64,000 nucleotides of DNA from an uncultured Mycobacterium sp. (GTDB lineage: Bacteria; Actinomycetota; Actinomycetes; Mycobacteriales; Mycobacteriaceae), in the NCBI GenBank assembly GCA_964562545.1, contig CAZLTV010000001.1, positions 7,796 to 71,795 on the forward strand. Reading direction: 5' to 3'. The position numbers were made by a program, and so were the translations under genes. The notes under the pieces are model-generated. The model searched no databases, was not told the origin of the DNA, and was given only the letters and a program-made list of their open reading frames with translations. Shown here piece by piece: positions 46,977 to 56,076 of this stretch; position 1 is the first letter of the stretch; the number at the start of each line of letters is the position of its first letter.

Positions 46977-47227
46977 TGCACCCCTGTCGATTTGGTTGGT
47001 ATGAGCGCGGCCGGGTCACACGTTTCGTGTCCGGCCGCCGTAAGGCGGAGATCCCCGCTGACGAACCGTCGGCACCCGCCCAACTCAAAGCCGGTCCGAA
47101 CGGCATCCGCGTCGTCGAAGCAGATATCGACGGCGAACAGTGGTTCGGCCGCCTCACATCCCGGCGCAAGGGTCTCAACGAAGGCCCCGTCGTCCTTTTC
47201 AAACTACCCTTGCTGCCAAAAGCATAA
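46976..47227 (+). CDS. hypothetical protein
   Basis: TAATG overlap with the upstream gene; fills the gap before nrdA. Confidence 0.5.
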   Translation: MHPCRFGWYERGRVTRFVSGRRKAEIPADEPSAPAQLKAGPNGIRVVEADIDGEQWFGRLTSRRKGLNEGPVVLFKLPLLPKA

Positions 47228-47240
47228 ACGGAGCTCACTC

Positions 47241-49295
47241 ATGAACGCCCAGACCGCCCTCGCCCCAAGCGAATACGATCAGGACTCGCCCAGCCTCGAC
47301 CTCGTAGTCGATCGGCCAGACACCCAAGCGCGCTACGCTGACAGCCAGGTCTGGGCAGAGCGCCGGCTCGCGTTCAACCAGCTCGTCGAGAAATACGGCC
47401 ACGACAAGGCTCTCAACAAGATCCTCCCATCGCTCCGGCCCAAGAGCAAGCACTGGAGCGAAGTGATCGAGGTCGACTACGGTCGCAACGAGCTGCTTAC
47501 CGCGCAGGGCATCGATGCGCTGAAAGATCGGTACTGGTGTAAGGGCGACCGGCCGGACGATTCCGACGAGCCCGCCGACCCGCAGCATATCTTCGCCCGC
47601 GTGGCCTGGGCGGGTGCTGACGACGAAGAACATGCCCGGCGCCTCTACGACTACATCAGCCGTCACTGGTTCATGCCCGCAACCCCGGTCCTCTCGAACC
47701 TCGGCACTCCTCGTGGCCTGCCCATCAGCTGCTACCTGCAGTCGGTCGGCGACAGCCTCAGCGATATTCAGAACACCTTCGACGAGATCATCGCCATGGG
47801 TTCGAACGGTGGTGGCATCGGCACCTACTGGGGTGACCTTCGCGAAATCGGCCGTCCGGCCGGCCTCAACGGCAAGACCTCCGGCATCATTCCGTTCGTG
47901 AAGATCCAGGACTCCCTCACTCAGGGCATCAACCAGGGCGGCGTTCGCCGGGGTTCGGCTGCAGCCTATCTCGATATCAGCCATCCCGAAATTCAGGAAT
48001 TCGTCGCGATCCGCAAGCCGACCGGCGACTTCAACCGGAAGGCGTTGAACCTGCATCACGGTGTCCTCATCACCGACGAGTTCATGAACTGCGTCGACAA
48101 GGGTGAACCGTTCCCGCTCCGCTCGCCGATGGACGGCACGATCGTGAAAGAAATCGATGCTCGCGAGCTTTTCCAGCAGATCGTCGAAACTCGTCTCGAA
48201 ACCGGCGAGCCCTACATCATCTTCATCGATCGCGTGAACGAGAGCCGGCCGGCGCACCACGTCAAGCTCAACCTAATGGTTTCGACCTCGAACCTTTGTT
48301 CGGAAATCACCCTTCCGACCGGCAGGGATCACCTCGGCCGACAGCGCTCGGCGGTCTGCTGCCTCTCGTCGCTCAACCTGAACCACTGGGACGAATGGAA
48401 CGGTGACGATTTCTTCTATGAGGATATCTACCGCTTCCTCGACAACGTCATGAGCGATTACATCCGCAAGGCGCCGGAAGGCATGCGCAATGCCATCTAC
48501 TCCGCATGGCGTGAGCGCTCCGTCGGTCTCGGCGTCATGGGCTTTCACTCGTTCTTGCAGTCCCATTCGATTCCCTGGGAGTCGGTGCCCGCAAAATCCT
48601 TCAACCGGATGATCTTCAAGAAAATCCGGGCCCAGGCAGACCGCTGCTCGAAGCTTCTCGCTGAAGAGCGCGGGCCCTGCCCCGATGCAGTGGATGGCGG
48701 CGCCATGGAGCGGTTCAGCTACAAGCTTGCCATCGCTCCTACGGCATCGATCTCGATCATCGCCGGCGGCGCTTCGCCCTGCATCGAGCCATCGACTGCG
48801 AATGCGTTCAACCACAAGACGCTCTCGGGCAACCACGCCATCCGCAATCCGTATCTCAAGAAGCGGCTGGCTGAGCTCGAAATGGACACTCCTGAGGTCT
48901 GGACCTCGATCCTCGCAAACGGCGGCTCGGTACAGCACCTCGCTGACCTCGATGACCATACGAAGAAGGTCTTCAAGACCTGGATGGAAATCGACCCGAA
49001 GTGGCTGCTCGACTTCATGGGCGACCGCGCACCATACGTCGACCAGGCGATCTCGAACAATCTGAGCCTCGAGGCCAACCTCGACAAATGGGACCTCATG
49101 AAGCTCCACATGATGGCCTGGAAGAAGGGCCTGAAGTCGCTTTACTACCTCCGCTCGAAAAGCGTTCAGCGTGCCGGCAACCTCTTCGAAGGACGCCGCG
49201 GTGACGTCTCGTCCGATAACACCATGCGGCCGAGCCAGGCGTTCATTCCGGCTCAGAACGACGACGCGTACGAAACCTGCGATGCATGTCAGTAG
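47241..49295 (+). CDS. nrdA: ribonucleoside-diphosphate reductase alpha subunit (class Ia)
   Basis: PATPVLSN, PISCY, GGGIG, SNLCSEI, VCCLSS, APTASIS, KSLYYLRS, C-terminal CDACQ. Confidence 0.95.
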   Translation: MNAQTALAPSEYDQDSPSLDLVVDRPDTQARYADSQVWAERRLAFNQLVEKYGHDKALNKILPSLRPKSKHWSEVIEVDYGRNELLTAQGIDALKDRYWCKGDRPDDSDEPADPQHIFARVAWAGADDEEHARRLYDYISRHWFMPATPVLSNLGTPRGLPISCYLQSVGDSLSDIQNTFDEIIAMGSNGGGIGTYWGDLREIGRPAGLNGKTSGIIPFVKIQDSLTQGINQGGVRRGSAAAYLDISHPEIQEFVAIRKPTGDFNRKALNLHHGVLITDEFMNCVDKGEPFPLRSPMDGTIVKEIDARELFQQIVETRLETGEPYIIFIDRVNESRPAHHVKLNLMVSTSNLCSEITLPTGRDHLGRQRSAVCCLSSLNLNHWDEWNGDDFFYEDIYRFLDNVMSDYIRKAPEGMRNAIYSAWRERSVGLGVMGFHSFLQSHSIPWESVPAKSFNRMIFKKIRAQADRCSKLLAEERGPCPDAVDGGAMERFSYKLAIAPTASISIIAGGASPCIEPSTANAFNHKTLSGNHAIRNPYLKKRLAELEMDTPEVWTSILANGGSVQHLADLDDHTKKVFKTWMEIDPKWLLDFMGDRAPYVDQAISNNLSLEANLDKWDLMKLHMMAWKKGLKSLYYLRSKSVQRAGNLFEGRRGDVSSDNTMRPSQAFIPAQNDDAYETCDACQ

Positions 49296-49390
49296 TCTGA
49301 CGTAACATACTGATATTGCGCCGTATTCTGCCCGGTCAGTATTACTGGCCGGGTGGAATTGCAAGGCTCCAAACGAAAGAAAATTAGACC

Positions 49391-50221
49391 ATGGATCTCA
49401 AGCTTCAGGGCTCATCGATCACATTCGCGCAGGAAGACGTGGTGCTTGGCGACAATCGCCTCGCGCTTCTCGCTGACATCGATTCAATCGAAACGATCAA
49501 GCCCGGGCATTTTGCCCGAATCACTACTCCGATCGCATTCAGCGGCGACGGTTCCACTATCGCACTCATCGATATGCACGCGGGACGCCTCTCCCACGCT
49601 CTCGACGATCATGAAGAGAGCGCTCCCGCCCAAGGCGAGTACTTTCTTCCCCCGATCGGCGAAGAAACCACCGTGTCAGTAGACGTGGTCAACGAAACCG
49701 GTGCAACCCTCATGATCCGCCCGGGCATGGCGATCGGCGTGATGACCTTGGTCAACCTGGGAGCTTCTCTATCTCCGAGTGTCCAGGAGACCCAGGAGCC
49801 TCCTGCCAACGCCATTTCGATTTCAGCCGCCTTCGAACCGGAGTTCATCAGCGGAGATCTCATTCCCACACCAAGCGATGGGCTCAATCCCGGCGTAGAG
49901 CTTCGCGCAGACATCGAAGAGCCCTTTACGCTTCCTGCTGGCGCAACCCGCTCGTTCTTCACTGGCTTCTATCCAGAAGTCCCTGAAGGTTACGAAGCCC
50001 AGGCTCGCATTGGCGACCTAGATGAGCGCGTCATGCCGACCCTTGGCAAACAGATTGCCGACCGCCCGGCCGTGATCTTCCTCAACAACCTCACAGGCGC
50101 TGAGGTCACGATTGAACCGGCCGATATCATCGCCCGCATTGTTATCACTCCCGTCGCAAGCGCCGCCTACAACTTCAGCGCAATCGCGGCACAGCCGTCG
50201 ACCGCAGCAGCCGCGCGATAA
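49391..50221 (+). CDS. tandem degenerate dUTPase-fold protein
   Basis: Two units of L.ADI....I.PG/LPAG....T.....V.N.TG....I.P...IA; catalytic motifs not seen. Confidence 0.55.
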   Translation: MDLKLQGSSITFAQEDVVLGDNRLALLADIDSIETIKPGHFARITTPIAFSGDGSTIALIDMHAGRLSHALDDHEESAPAQGEYFLPPIGEETTVSVDVVNETGATLMIRPGMAIGVMTLVNLGASLSPSVQETQEPPANAISISAAFEPEFISGDLIPTPSDGLNPGVELRADIEEPFTLPAGATRSFFTGFYPEVPEGYEAQARIGDLDERVMPTLGKQIADRPAVIFLNNLTGAEVTIEPADIIARIVITPVASAAYNFSAIAAQPSTAAAAR

Positions 50222-50242
50222 CCGAAATTCCAGGAGACCCCA

Positions 50243-51316
50243 ATGACCGACACCACTGAACGCGGCTTCGCGCCGCCCGCAACCACAAACCTCGATCCCT
50301 TCGCCCTTCGCGAAGATCTCCAGCACATCCGCATGTGCCAGCCTTCCGAAACCTACAAGCCGCTTCTCTATCCCTGGGCGCACGAAGCTTGGAAGCGCCA
50401 GCGCCAGATCGATTGGCCGCCGGAAGAAATCACGATGGGCTACGACGCCCGCGACTACGCCACCCTCGATGAAGCCGAACGCAGCCTCATCGACAACATC
50501 CTGAAGCTGTTCACTCAGTCGGACATCGACGTCGCGAACAACTACATGATGCTCTACATGCCGATCTTCCGGAACAACGAAATCGCCCGGATGCTTCGCC
50601 GCTTCGCGTCGATGGAAGACACCCACGTCGAGGCGTACTCCCTTCTTCTCGAAACGCTCGGCTTCCCCGACAGCCACTACAATGCGTTCCTCGAAGTCGA
50701 AGAAATGCGCGAGAAGCACGACCTTCTTACCGGCTACCAGATGCGCGACACCAAGGAGATCGCGACCAGCCTCGCCCTGATCGGCGCATTCGGCGAGGGC
50801 CTGCAGCTCTTCTCGTCGTTCGCCATGCTGCTCAACTTCTCGGCCAACCTGAACAAGATGAAGGGCATGGGCCAGGTCATCACATGGTCGATCCGTGACG
50901 AAACGCTGCACGTCGCCAGCATCATCAAGCTCTTCCACGAATTTCGCGAAGAAGCCGGCCTCGATCTCGCCGATCTCAAGGAAGGGATCATGCAGGGCCT
51001 TCACAAGGTCGTGATGCTCGAAGACGCCTTCATCGATCGCGCTTTCGAAGTCGGTCCCGTCCGGGGCTCCACTCCCGAGGACTTCAAAAACTACGTCCGC
51101 TGGACCGCAAACTTCCGCCTCGAGCAACTCGGCCTCGATCCGATCTACGACATCGAGACACACCCGCTGCCTTGGCTCGAAAACGAACTGAACGGTGTCG
51201 AACATGCCAACTTCTTCGAGACCCGCGCGACCGAATACTCGAAGGGCGCGACCACCGGGGACTGGGGCGACGTCTGGACCAAGCACGACGGAGCCCGCGA
51301 GAAAGCGGCAGCATGA
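50243..51316 (+). CDS. nrdB: ribonucleoside-diphosphate reductase beta subunit
   Basis: YPWA, W.PEEI, FTQSD, EDTHVEAY, EGLQLFSSF, RDETLH, NFFETRATEY. Confidence 0.95.
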   Translation: MTDTTERGFAPPATTNLDPFALREDLQHIRMCQPSETYKPLLYPWAHEAWKRQRQIDWPPEEITMGYDARDYATLDEAERSLIDNILKLFTQSDIDVANNYMMLYMPIFRNNEIARMLRRFASMEDTHVEAYSLLLETLGFPDSHYNAFLEVEEMREKHDLLTGYQMRDTKEIATSLALIGAFGEGLQLFSSFAMLLNFSANLNKMKGMGQVITWSIRDETLHVASIIKLFHEFREEAGLDLADLKEGIMQGLHKVVMLEDAFIDRAFEVGPVRGSTPEDFKNYVRWTANFRLEQLGLDPIYDIETHPLPWLENELNGVEHANFFETRATEYSKGATTGDWGDVWTKHDGAREKAAA

Positions 51317-51467
51317 ACGTCGGGCGCCGCTCAAAACTGAGCGGCGCCTCCAGGCTCTACGAGCCAAGAGCCTAAATGGATTTGAGAAGAAGTGATGCCT
51401 GTATGGGCATGATGAAAGTCTCCTGACAGGGCCTCGCCGGACGGTGTCACCCGGCGGGGCCCATTTC

Positions 51468-53636
51468 ATGACAAAGGATGGATCCAGTCAAATGCTCGGT
51501 CGCTACGACAGCTACGATTCCTTCGACCCCTGGCTGGACGACGCCGGCGTCAATCCCGACGACTACTGCGACGGCTCGCTTCGTGATCGGGTCGACGCCG
51601 CAATGGCGGCCGCGCATCCCACAAACAACCAGCAGCGCCTCATCAAGCTCGTCGAAGGCATGACGCCTTCGCAGTTCGATGCCGCAACCTATGATGGCAC
51701 ACCCCTGGTCATCCTTGCCGGAGCAGGAACCGGCAAGACCAAGACGCTGACCTCCCGCATTGCGCTCCTGGTCACCGCCGGCATGGCTCAGCCGAGCGAG
51801 ATCCTCGCCCTCACTTTCACCAACAAAGCTGCCAAGGAAATGGCCACCCGCATCGCTCAAATGCTCGAGCTGGATGCGGTCTCAGTCACTGCAACCACCT
51901 TCCATGCGTTCTGCGCAAAGATGCTCCGCGACTACGGCGGCGAACTGGGATGGTCCACCGACTGGACCATCCTCGATTCCGACGACACACGAAAGATGAT
52001 GCGCATTGGCTGGAAGGAGCGCTTCGGAAGTCCTCCGGACCGTGAGACCCTTGATGACATCCAGGATGCACACGACAAGATCTACTGCACCTCCGACACG
52101 CCCGTAGAAAAGCTGCAGCTCATCGAGAAGCCCATCCGTGACGCGGCTGCCGACTATCAGCGCCGCAAATCGGCTGAGAACGTCAAGGATTTCTCCGACC
52201 TGATCACCGAGATGAACCAGCTCCTTCAGGAGTCCGAGTTCGTACGCGGCGAGATCCAACAGCGCTTCAGCTACGTGCTGGTCGACGAGTACCAGGATAC
52301 AGACAGTCGCCAGGAGGCGCTGCTACGCAGCATCATGGGCGACAACCCCAACCTGACCGTCGTCGGAGACGAAGACCAGCTCGTTTATACCTGGCGCCAC
52401 GCCAAGATCGACAACATCCTCCAGTTCGAGAAACGCTGGGGCGCACATCGCATCATGCTCGAGCAGAACTTCCGGTCGAGCCAGAACATCCTCGATGCAG
52501 CGAACCGCTTGATCTGCGTCAACAAGAACCGGCTCGGCAAAGAGCTCTACACCTATGACGACCCGGGCGCTGACGTCGAGCAGGAGTTCTTCGAACAGGC
52601 GATCCACGAAGCCGATTGGATCGTCGAGAAAATCGCAGAGGACATCGCAGCTGGCGTTCCTCGGGAAGAGATCGCAGTCCTAGTCCGCGCAAGCCATGCG
52701 CTGAACTTCGTCGAAAGCGCCCTCAACCAGCGCGGCATTCGATACACGCTGTCTGGCGGGAAGAAGTTCCAAGACCGGCAGGAGATCAAAGACATCTCCG
52801 CCTACCTACGGCTCATCGCCAACGCCCATGACCGCATGGCCTTCGAGCGCGCGATCGCAGCACCAAAACGCAACGTTGGCGCCACTCTTCTCGAAGACAT
52901 CGAGAAGGCCGCCAAACGCATGCGCACAGACATCAGTGACGCAGCCCGGCGCATGGCTCATGGCGGCATCATGCCTCAGCCCGCCCGCGAGCCCGTCCTC
53001 GAGTTCTGCCGCGTCATCCAAGACATGGCAGCCGACGCTGTTCACGGTGCTACGGCCGACATCATCGTCACCAAAATCGTCGACGACACTGGCTACCGTG
53101 CATCGATCCAAGACGATCTCAAGGAAGCCCTCAACAACGGCGAAAAGGATGCCGTCGAGGCTCTCACGACCCGCCTGTCCAACATCGACGACCTCATCAA
53201 TATCGCCAAGGGCAAAACACTCGCTGAGTTCCTCGATCACTTGGGCCTTTCTGAGGACGCTCGACGCGACCAGGGCAAGGGCGTCTGGATCGGAACCATC
53301 CATGCTGCGAAGGGCCTTGAGTTCTTCAACGTCTACCTACCGGCATGGGAGCAAGGCGTTCTCCCTTCAAGTCAGGCAATTCGCGGCGACGGGGATCTCG
53401 AAGAGGAGCGCCGGCTCGGCTACGTGGCGATCACACGCGCTCGGAAGAAATTGTGCATCACCCGATCTTCACTCCGGTTTGGGAAAGATGCATCGCCATC
53501 GCTCTTCCTCGCTGATCTGGGCTTCGTGAGCCCAGATCTCTTCGAAGAATTTCATACCCTACAGGCTGAGATCGGCGCCGAAAACGGCGAGCAATTCGAA
53601 AGCCTCGAAGCTCTCGAATCCGAAGTTCCCTTCTAG
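51468..53636 (+). CDS. uvrD: UvrD/PcrA/Rep superfamily 1 helicase
   Basis: AGAGTGKT, TFTNKAA, TFHA, VDEYQD, VGDEDQ, LEQNFRS, TIHAAKGLEF, EERRL.YVAITRA. Confidence 0.9.
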   Translation: MTKDGSSQMLGRYDSYDSFDPWLDDAGVNPDDYCDGSLRDRVDAAMAAAHPTNNQQRLIKLVEGMTPSQFDAATYDGTPLVILAGAGTGKTKTLTSRIALLVTAGMAQPSEILALTFTNKAAKEMATRIAQMLELDAVSVTATTFHAFCAKMLRDYGGELGWSTDWTILDSDDTRKMMRIGWKERFGSPPDRETLDDIQDAHDKIYCTSDTPVEKLQLIEKPIRDAAADYQRRKSAENVKDFSDLITEMNQLLQESEFVRGEIQQRFSYVLVDEYQDTDSRQEALLRSIMGDNPNLTVVGDEDQLVYTWRHAKIDNILQFEKRWGAHRIMLEQNFRSSQNILDAANRLICVNKNRLGKELYTYDDPGADVEQEFFEQAIHEADWIVEKIAEDIAAGVPREEIAVLVRASHALNFVESALNQRGIRYTLSGGKKFQDRQEIKDISAYLRLIANAHDRMAFERAIAAPKRNVGATLLEDIEKAAKRMRTDISDAARRMAHGGIMPQPAREPVLEFCRVIQDMAADAVHGATADIIVTKIVDDTGYRASIQDDLKEALNNGEKDAVEALTTRLSNIDDLINIAKGKTLAEFLDHLGLSEDARRDQGKGVWIGTIHAAKGLEFFNVYLPAWEQGVLPSSQAIRGDGDLEEERRLGYVAITRARKKLCITRSSLRFGKDASPSLFLADLGFVSPDLFEEFHTLQAEIGAENGEQFESLEALESEVPF

Positions 53637-53717
53637 CGTCTTTCCAAAACAAGAACCTCGAAACGAGGCATCTGAGGACGGCTGACCACCACTACTCCTC
53701 CAGCTTCATCACCTACG

Positions 53718-53763
53718 AAAAGGGGCGGCTCTCCATCGAGAACCGCCCCTCTTTTTTTGTTTT
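53718..53763. terminator. bidirectional terminator
   Basis: AAAAGGGGCGG / CCGCCCCTCTTTTTTT between convergent genes. Confidence 0.75.
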
Positions 53764-53772
53764 GCTGGGGAG

Positions 53773-55086
53773 CTATCGACCACCCAAGTCCGCAGTGCCA
53801 GCAGCTCGCTTCGCTGCCATCGCAGCTGTCCCCACTTTCATGCCCGCGGAACCCACTCCTTTAAGAGCCGATCCCGTACCAGTCAGCAGCTTCTTCCCTG
53901 CATACCCAGTGCCAAGTGCAGCTGTCGCCGCGCCAGCAGCCAAAGTACCGGCACCGGCACCGCCAACATTGCCCATGCTACCTTGGAAGCCAGCGAATTC
54001 AGTTGCAATCGAGCCAGCCTGCTTGATAAACGCAGCCATGCCACACGCCGTCGCGATGAGAACCATAAAACTTGCCCCATCGAGCGGCCCGAAGAAGCTA
54101 TCGACACTTTCTGCCGAAAGATTATCCAACACCGGTTGGGTCACCCGCGAAAGAAGCGCGACAGAAATTCCAACCGCGATTGATGTGAACAGAAAAGTCA
54201 GAGCCGCAGCCAGCACCGAAGTCGCTGCCTGTTTAGTGAACCCCCTTGTCGGCTTAAACTGATACGCCAAAACGGCGACCGGGAGGATCACTGCAGTGAC
54301 CCCGAGCCGTATCATCGCATCAAACAGCCGAAACGGGAGCATGATCATCATTAGACCGAAAGCGAGCATAATGATGAGCCCGCCGATGAGTTGCAGCGGC
54401 TCGAAGTTACCTCCCGGCAATATGTTCATCTCCGCATCATCGATTAGCCACGCCCCAAGGCCCATTCCGCGACCCATCTGGATGTGCATTTTACAGATCA
54501 AGGCTGAGCCTGACTGGGCGTACTCATTGCCACCGCCTGAACTACATCCGCCAGGCCCATCAACCAAGCGGCTGGATACATCCATGACCCCATTCATTGC
54601 TTGAGTCACGTAACCGCCCGGTCCCATGAACGTCGAGAAAGTTCCGGCATGAAGTATCGTGAGAAGGATAATCATCAATACGATGCGCTGGAATATTGTA
54701 TCGATTGATTGAGCCGGTCCGTTGGCAAACGAGGGGCTCAAGAGAAGATAGAGCTGCCACACAACCCACAAACCCATGAAGGCGCTAATTGCTCTGATAG
54801 CGCCACTCTTGAACATGTCTTCGCCCTTCTGGCCGACCTCCATAGTCACATCCGCCATGTTCGCGTAAAGCGTACAACCCCAGCAAGCACTCGGCATTGA
54901 GAATGTCTGCTGCCACTCCTCAAGGTTCTTCTCAGTATCTTCGTCACTGTCCTCGTAGAACCACGACGTCCACCCAGAACCCTCCCTAGGCCCTTCCTCG
55001 GATTGCGCAAAGGCTGGCGAGCCGGTCCCAAATAGCGATGCCATCAAGCCCAGAGCTAGAAACCACGCGCGGAAAGCCTTCTTCAT
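53773..55086 (-). CDS. VirB6/TrbL-like polytopic membrane protein
   Basis: Signal peptide, CWGC, multiple TM helices, Gly/Ala-rich tail; virB6 is missing from the main operon. Confidence 0.65.
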   Translation of the reverse strand: MKKAFRAWFLALGLMASLFGTGSPAFAQSEEGPREGSGWTSWFYEDSDEDTEKNLEEWQQTFSMPSACWGCTLYANMADVTMEVGQKGEDMFKSGAIRAISAFMGLWVVWQLYLLLSPSFANGPAQSIDTIFQRIVLMIILLTILHAGTFSTFMGPGGYVTQAMNGVMDVSSRLVDGPGGCSSGGGNEYAQSGSALICKMHIQMGRGMGLGAWLIDDAEMNILPGGNFEPLQLIGGLIIMLAFGLMMIMLPFRLFDAMIRLGVTAVILPVAVLAYQFKPTRGFTKQAATSVLAAALTFLFTSIAVGISVALLSRVTQPVLDNLSAESVDSFFGPLDGASFMVLIATACGMAAFIKQAGSIATEFAGFQGSMGNVGGAGAGTLAAGAATAALGTGYAGKKLLTGTGSALKGVGSAGMKVGTAAMAAKRAAGTADLGGR

Positions 55087-55113
55087 GCCAATTATCCTTC
55101 GAGAGTTTTGGTG

Positions 55114-55413
55114 TTATCGCGAATGGTCACTGCCGAGATCCCGGGTGCCATCCTGAGCCCCCGAGTTCCCATCCTCGTCATTTGCGACGCCGCGATGCTC
55201 CAGCGTCACCACTGAACTCTCTTCATCAGCAGAGGCCCGGAACAACCTGATCTTCATTCCCCGAAAGAGTATCAGATATGCAAAAAGGCCTATTACGACA
55301 GACCAGATCAGAACCAGAAAAATATCCAGCGCTTGGCCCAAGCCATTTCCGACTTCCGAGAGCAAAAGAAACAAGCCCCCAAGAACAATGAACGGGCCAT
55401 AACGCTGGAACAT
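55114..55413 (-). CDS. small membrane protein
   Basis: Two TM helices (MFQRYGPFIVLGG...), same operon as the VirB6-like gene. Confidence 0.55.
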   Translation of the reverse strand: MFQRYGPFIVLGGLFLLLSEVGNGLGQALDIFLVLIWSVVIGLFAYLILFRGMKIRLFRASADEESSVVTLEHRGVANDEDGNSGAQDGTRDLGSDHSR

Positions 55414-55415
55414 AT

Positions 55416-55796
55416 TCAGCCTTCCGAACCGCTGTTGCGCATCGAGATTTCGCTCGAGATCGATTTCGGCGTGGCCACGATGCACCCGCCGCGCTGAACC
55501 ATTTCGAGGGTGTGGTCATCCGCACCCTGGGCCGCCCAAACGTCGAGCGCGACATCGTGCGGATTCCGCAGCTTCGGCTTGCCATTCACAAGCACCGGAA
55601 CGCGATCCTCGTCGAGCTCCCATACAGAAGTGCGAACACGAATATGGTCGCCGGTCACTTCGTCCTTCAGGTAGACGGCGTAATAGTCGCTTTCCTTCGC
55701 ATATCTCTCATCGAGAGACTGCTGCTCTTTCACGGTCATGATCGATTTTGCTTCGATCACCTGTACTTTCGGCTTCGCCGCGGCTTCCATTTCCAT
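55416..55796 (-). CDS. hypothetical protein
   Basis: AGGGA RBS; first gene of the minus-strand operon. Confidence 0.6.
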   Translation of the reverse strand: MEMEAAAKPKVQVIEAKSIMTVKEQQSLDERYAKESDYYAVYLKDEVTGDHIRVRTSVWELDEDRVPVLVNGKPKLRNPHDVALDVWAAQGADDHTLEMVQRGGCIVATPKSISSEISMRNSGSEG

Positions 55797-56076
55797 AATT
55801 TTTCCCTGTCAAAAAATTGCCCAAGCATCTTTTACGCTGAAAAATCCAGCGTGTCAGCGAAAACTTTCAAAAATTCTGGAACCCACAGGATATTGAAGCC
55901 GCAGTCAGATCTTTCCCGCCCTCTCGCTCGCGTTTATCCTCATCCTTCCCCCGGAGGCTGGAAATTTATAGTAGGTGTGTGCGCATCGGCCCGACCGATT
56001 GCAAATAGAAACGAAGGAAAAAGGCTCCGGGGCCCATCTCAACTCCCAGAGCTTCACCCTTTTGAGGCGATCCAGA

